Positions 23,780 through 27,620 of a DNA stretch of 27,620 nt are shown here, in pieces. Numbering within the stretch: the stretch's first letter is position 1; every line of letters starts with the position of its first letter. The notes beneath the pieces are model-generated. The model made no database searches. It was not told the origin of the DNA and saw only the letters and a list, made by a program, of their open reading frames with translations. The stretch is from a virus. Taxonomy: Duplodnaviria > Caudoviricetes. The stretch covers positions 1 to 27,620 of the IMG/VR virus record IMGVR_UViG_3300032277_000065; one strand, given 5' to 3'. The translations under genes and the position numbers were made by a program.

Positions 23780-26700
23780 ATGGCTAGTACTTTAGTAGCA
23801 ATAGATAGCGACGGCAATAAATTTTACCTAGACGTACTAAAAGGGCAACCTATTACGGCGGACTTTAAATTCAAAGATATAACCGACCTTAAAACAAAGG
23901 GTAGCCATACCTATAACTTTAGACTACCTAGCACACCTAACAACGATAGCTATTTTGCTACTTACTTTATGGCGGGTAGTTACTGCGCAAGCGACGGCAC
24001 TAACTCAAATTTTAACCCTTATTTTAAAGCCGAGGCTTATTTATTACAAGATACTGTAGAAGTATTTAGCGGTTATCTACAATTAGTAAACGTATTTTTA
24101 AGAGAGGGCAATAGATACGAATATGAAGTAATTTTGTATAGTAACAACGTTTCTTTAATGGACGATTTAAAGGGCGTAAGTATGGCAGACGTAGATTATA
24201 GCCAATATAACCATACACCAACTACAGACAATATATACGACACTTACGCAAGTAATAGTATAGCTAACGGCGATTTAGTATATAGTCTTTGGGACTATGG
24301 TACAGGTATGGCAACTAGTCAGAGCTCGGAGTTTTTTGTACCCACTACTACGGGTTTTCCTTTTCCGCAATATAATAAAGTAATTATAAATTTTTTACGC
24401 CCACAAATAAGACTAAGCGCCTTAATAACTAAAGTACTAGGGTACAAAGGCTACACCTTTAGTAGTGCTTTTTTTGATAGTGCAATAGGTCAGAAAATAT
24501 ACTGCGACGTAAACTATAGCGGTAGCGATAGCCTAACAAGTAATACGCCAGAGAGTTACTACAAAGTAAAAGCACGTAATACGGGTAGTCAGATTATAGA
24601 GTACGGTAGTACGCAAAACATACTAAACACCCCTACAGAAGATTTAGACAATAACGGAAACTTTGACCCATCAACTAATATATATAGCCCCCCTTTTGGT
24701 GGAGTGTATCAAGTTACAATAAGGGCAACCCTAAACGGGCAAGCGGGCGATATGGGGACTAGTAGCCCCGCTAGGTTTGGTTTATATTTAAAGACGGGGT
24801 CAAATACGTATTTATTAATAACCTACGCGGGTAACGAATTTAATATAGGCGCGGGTACTACGCAAACTATTACCTCGGGCTTTGATACGTCAGTCCCAAT
24901 ATCTTTAGCAAATGGTAGCCAAATACAGTTAAGCTCGGCGTCTAATATAGTAGTAAGATTAATAACTGAAACTAATACCGCGTACCCCGTTGGCGATAAT
25001 ATACAAATAACAGACGCGTCTATACAAGTTGATTTAATCGGCGCAAACGAGACGGGGGCGCAAATAAGTATAAACCAACTATTTGGTAACTTAAAAGCCT
25101 TAGACTTTTTTACTAGTGTTATACGTAAATTTAACCTTACAGTAATACCCGACCCTACAAATAGTAAGCACGTATTTATTGAGCCTTACGATGATTTTAT
25201 GAACGCGTCAAGCGGTGTAAAGGATTGGTCTAAAAAAATAGACTTTACTAAAGACGTGCAAATAATACCGCCTACTAAAATAAGCGGGCGTAACGCATTA
25301 TTTAAAGACACACCTAGCGACGACTACGTATACCAAAGTATAGCCCGTTCTCGTAGGTTTACATACGGCGAGTACGACTATAATATAGGTAACGAGTTTA
25401 GCGAAACTACTAATAATTTTACTACAGTATTTAGCCCTACAATAAATTACCCTATTCAAGACGCGGGAATATATAGTAGCCCTATTATAACAACTGACGA
25501 GGACGGCTATAAAAATGTAGGGGGTATAAGACTAAGTTTTTACCATGGTACGGACACCGTAGACAACGGGTTAAAATATGCTTTATATTATGACGACGGA
25601 AGTAACTCGGGCGACTATAAACATAATTTAACAGTAGCGCCTTATTTTAGCGCTTTTAGTGAAAAAGATTTTCAAAATAGTAATACAGTTTTTACTATAA
25701 ATTGGGGGTGTACTCTTAGCGAGCAGTTAGGACTATGGGAACAAATACCTTTACTTGGGTGCGCGCATAAATTCTGGCTTAGTTATATAAGAACAAACTT
25801 TGATAAAAACGCCCGTATGTTAGTGGCGTATATGAGACTAACCCCTAGCGATATACAAGACTTTAAATTTAACGACGTAATACATATTAACGGCGACGAT
25901 TATATAGTAAACAGTATAAAGGGTTATAATATAAATTCAGCTACTATATGTAAGGTAGAGCTCTTAAAAACTTACGTAACCTTTGGTAGTTTTCCCGAGG
26001 ACTACGACCCTAGTACGGGCGGGGCTTGTCCTACCATATTCGATATATACTCTGTAGACGGAGTAATTTATGACGCTAATACAAATAACCCCGTCAATGA
26101 AAGTTGTTGCGATATATTTAACTCACAGTTTAGCGGTGGTTTTGGGTTTTTTGTTAATGGGTTATGTTATACCCAACCCCAAAGAACTATACAAAGAGTA
26201 GAGCGACCTATAAATAATAACGTAAAGGGCGTAGATAACAAGTTCAAATTTTTAGAGGGTGGTAATATTCAAGGAAACCGCAACAATGTAGTAAACGGGG
26301 GGAGAGATATTAAAATAAACGGAAACGAAAATAACGTAAGGTCTGGAGTATTTAAAGTAGATATAACGGGCGATAGCAATATAGTACTAGATAAGTCTAC
26401 CGACGTAACTATTATAGGTACGGGTAACATAGTTAGACCCGCTAGCGACAACATAGAAATAAATAACCAAACGGTAGTATATAATAACTCTTTAAGTAAC
26501 ATACGTATAACGGGCGACTACGGGCTAGCTTTAAATAACAACGAGGTAATAGTAAGCACGTCAGAGGAAAACCTAGTAGGAACTAGCCAAAAGGCAGAGC
26601 ATATAATACGTACTACGGTAGCGGGTGGCTCTCGCGACGCTTGGGTAGGTCAGCTAGGCGCATTTACTACCTACCCCGTAGGTAATACTTATAACAGTGA

Positions 26701-27620
26701 TTTAGGTATAAACGCCTTTAGGTTACCCGCTAAAACTTTAATAACTTTAACTATAACCCTACAAGCTACTACGGGAACTACTAATAATACGACTAATACG
26801 CAAAGTTGGGAAACTGTAAGAGAGTATAAAATATTGAGCGGTACTGCGCCTATTATATTATCTAGTAATACAGTAAGCCAAACACAAAGTAGCGAATTTA
26901 CTAACGCAGAGATTCAGCTACACCCTAGTAGTAATATACCTTATTTATATAACGCTTATTTACTATGGCTAAGTTTACCATATAGAACACTCGTAAACGA
27001 TAGTACATTTGTAATTAAAACAAATTACACCTCTAGTATATTAAGCGGTACGGTTACTACTAACGTAGTACCTACAGATATAACGGGCTGTAAATTATGG
27101 CTAGATAGCGCTAACTTTGGTAGTCTAAGTTTTAACTCTACAGTAGGTAGCGGGCAACCTATAACCGAATGGTACGACCGTAGCGGGGGGAATAACCACG
27201 TATTACAAAATAATGTTACATATATGCCCAAATGGTGGAGCGGTGCGGGAACTCTAGGCGGACGTCCTTACTTAGAGTTTGACGGTAGTACTGCGGTTAT
27301 GTTTAGCACCGACGCAGACCTACTAAACTTAGCTAGTGGCGACAACACATTTATAGTAGTATTTGAGAGCGATAAAATAACTAGCGAGACTTTCGGGCAA
27401 GTGGTAGCGGGTATAAATACTAGTACGGGTTTTCCTAGGGCGGGTATAGTTGTAAACGCTAACGGTACGTACGGCGGTGGTAGTAATGATAGCGTAAGCT
27501 ATTATAACGAAAATACCTCTACTAATATGTTTCAATGTAAAATACAAAACGCGGGCGTAACAGATAAAAAAATAGTAGTAGGTAGACGAGATAACACCGA
27601 CCTAGATATAATAGACGAGA
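23780..27620 (+). CDS. Large tail-tip / host-recognition protein (1347 aa with the wrap to 361)
   Basis: MASTLVAID...YLDV...FKDITD...NFRLPSTPNN start; the same frame reads sensibly at spot checks (24641, 26261, 27071); missed by the track because no stop occurs before the window end. Confidence 0.85.
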   Translation, partial: MASTLVAIDSDGNKFYLDVLKGQPITADFKFKDITDLKTKGSHTYNFRLPSTPNNDSYFATYFMAGSYCASDGTNSNFNPYFKAEAYLLQDTVEVFSGYLQLVNVFLREGNRYEYEVILYSNNVSLMDDLKGVSMADVDYSQYNHTPTTDNIYDTYASNSIANGDLVYSLWDYGTGMATSQSSEFFVPTTTGFPFPQYNKVIINFLRPQIRLSALITKVLGYKGYTFSSAFFDSAIGQKIYCDVNYSGSDSLTSNTPESYYKVKARNTGSQIIEYGSTQNILNTPTEDLDNNGNFDPSTNIYSPPFGGVYQVTIRATLNGQAGDMGTSSPARFGLYLKTGSNTYLLITYAGNEFNIGAGTTQTITSGFDTSVPISLANGSQIQLSSASNIVVRLITETNTAYPVGDNIQITDASIQVDLIGANETGAQISINQLFGNLKALDFFTSVIRKFNLTVIPDPTNSKHVFIEPYDDFMNASSGVKDWSKKIDFTKDVQIIPPTKISGRNALFKDTPSDDYVYQSIARSRRFTYGEYDYNIGNEFSETTNNFTTVFSPTINYPIQDAGIYSSPIITTDEDGYKNVGGIRLSFYHGTDTVDNGLKYALYYDDGSNSGDYKHNLTVAPYFSAFSEKDFQNSNTVFTINWGCTLSEQLGLWEQIPLLGCAHKFWLSYIRTNFDKNARMLVAYMRLTPSDIQDFKFNDVIHINGDDYIVNSIKGYNINSATICKVELLKTYVTFGSFPEDYDPSTGGACPTIFDIYSVDGVIYDANTNNPVNESCCDIFNSQFSGGFGFFVNGLCYTQPQRTIQRVERPINNNVKGVDNKFKFLEGGNIQGNRNNVVNGGRDIKINGNENNVRSGVFKVDITGDSNIVLDKSTDVTIIGTGNIVRPASDNIEINNQTVVYNNSLSNIRITGDYGLALNNNEVIVSTSEENLVGTSQKAEHIIRTTVAGGSRDAWVGQLGAFTTYPVGNTYNSDLGINAFRLPAKTLITLTITLQATTGTTNNTTNTQSWETVREYKILSGTAPIILSSNTVSQTQSSEFTNAEIQLHPSSNIPYLYNAYLLWLSLPYRTLVNDSTFVIKTNYTSSILSGTVTTNVVPTDITGCKLWLDSANFGSLSFNSTVGSGQPITEWYDRSGGNNHVLQNNVTYMPKWWSGAGTLGGRPYLEFDGSTAVMFSTDADLLNLASGDNTFIVVFESDKITSETFGQVVAGINTSTGFPRAGIVVNANGTYGGGSNDSVSYYNENTSTNMFQCKIQNAGVTDKKIVVGRRDNTDLDIIDE
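27463..27620. repeat. Terminal direct repeat / assembly overlap, right copy
   Basis: Matches 1-158 with one mismatch. Confidence 0.95.

Noticed and set aside
1201-27547. Minus-strand ORFs in the track other than the HNH gene (e.g. 1201-1416, 4765-5163, 15351-15845, 26269-26502)
   Set aside because: They are antisense shadows of well-supported plus-strand genes and show no recognisable motifs.
1-27620. Stop-codon reassignment suggested by abundant TAG trinucleotides
   Set aside because: Genes are full length under the standard code, TAG terminates several of them (e.g. 4751, 5371, 14373), and no suppressor tRNA was seen.

Overview
This window appears to be a complete, circularly permuted ~27,462-bp genome of a small tailed (siphovirus-like) phage. 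Bases 1-158 recur at 27463-27620 with one synonymous mismatch. The host is probably a member of Bacteroidota: there is a TTG-N20-TAnnTTTG promoter, A-rich start contexts without Shine-Dalgarno sequences, and structural proteins resembling those of Flavobacteria-type phages. Almost all genes are on the + strand, in these modules: packaging (TerS, TerL); tail (frameshifted chaperone, terminator-like, neck, distal tail, a 1347-aa tail-tip protein that wraps the origin and is missing from the ORF track, tape measure); head (XkdF-like protease, scaffold, major capsid, fused portal, spike base, adaptor); lysis (M15A endolysin plus small membrane proteins); a metallophosphoesterase; and an early/replication region (SSB, initiator with 22-bp iterons, DNA methyltransferase, VRR-NUC, ECF sigma factor). 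I recognised no integrase, polymerase or helicase. The standout feature is three covarying type I hammerhead ribozymes (11692-11749, 12002-12061, 12428-12485) downstream of the host-type promoter. Each should cut 24-26 nt before a start codon, splitting the early transcript into a structured non-coding leader and single-gene mRNA units, at least one of which could re-close into a circle. All protein calls come from motif recognition by eye; no database searches were run.
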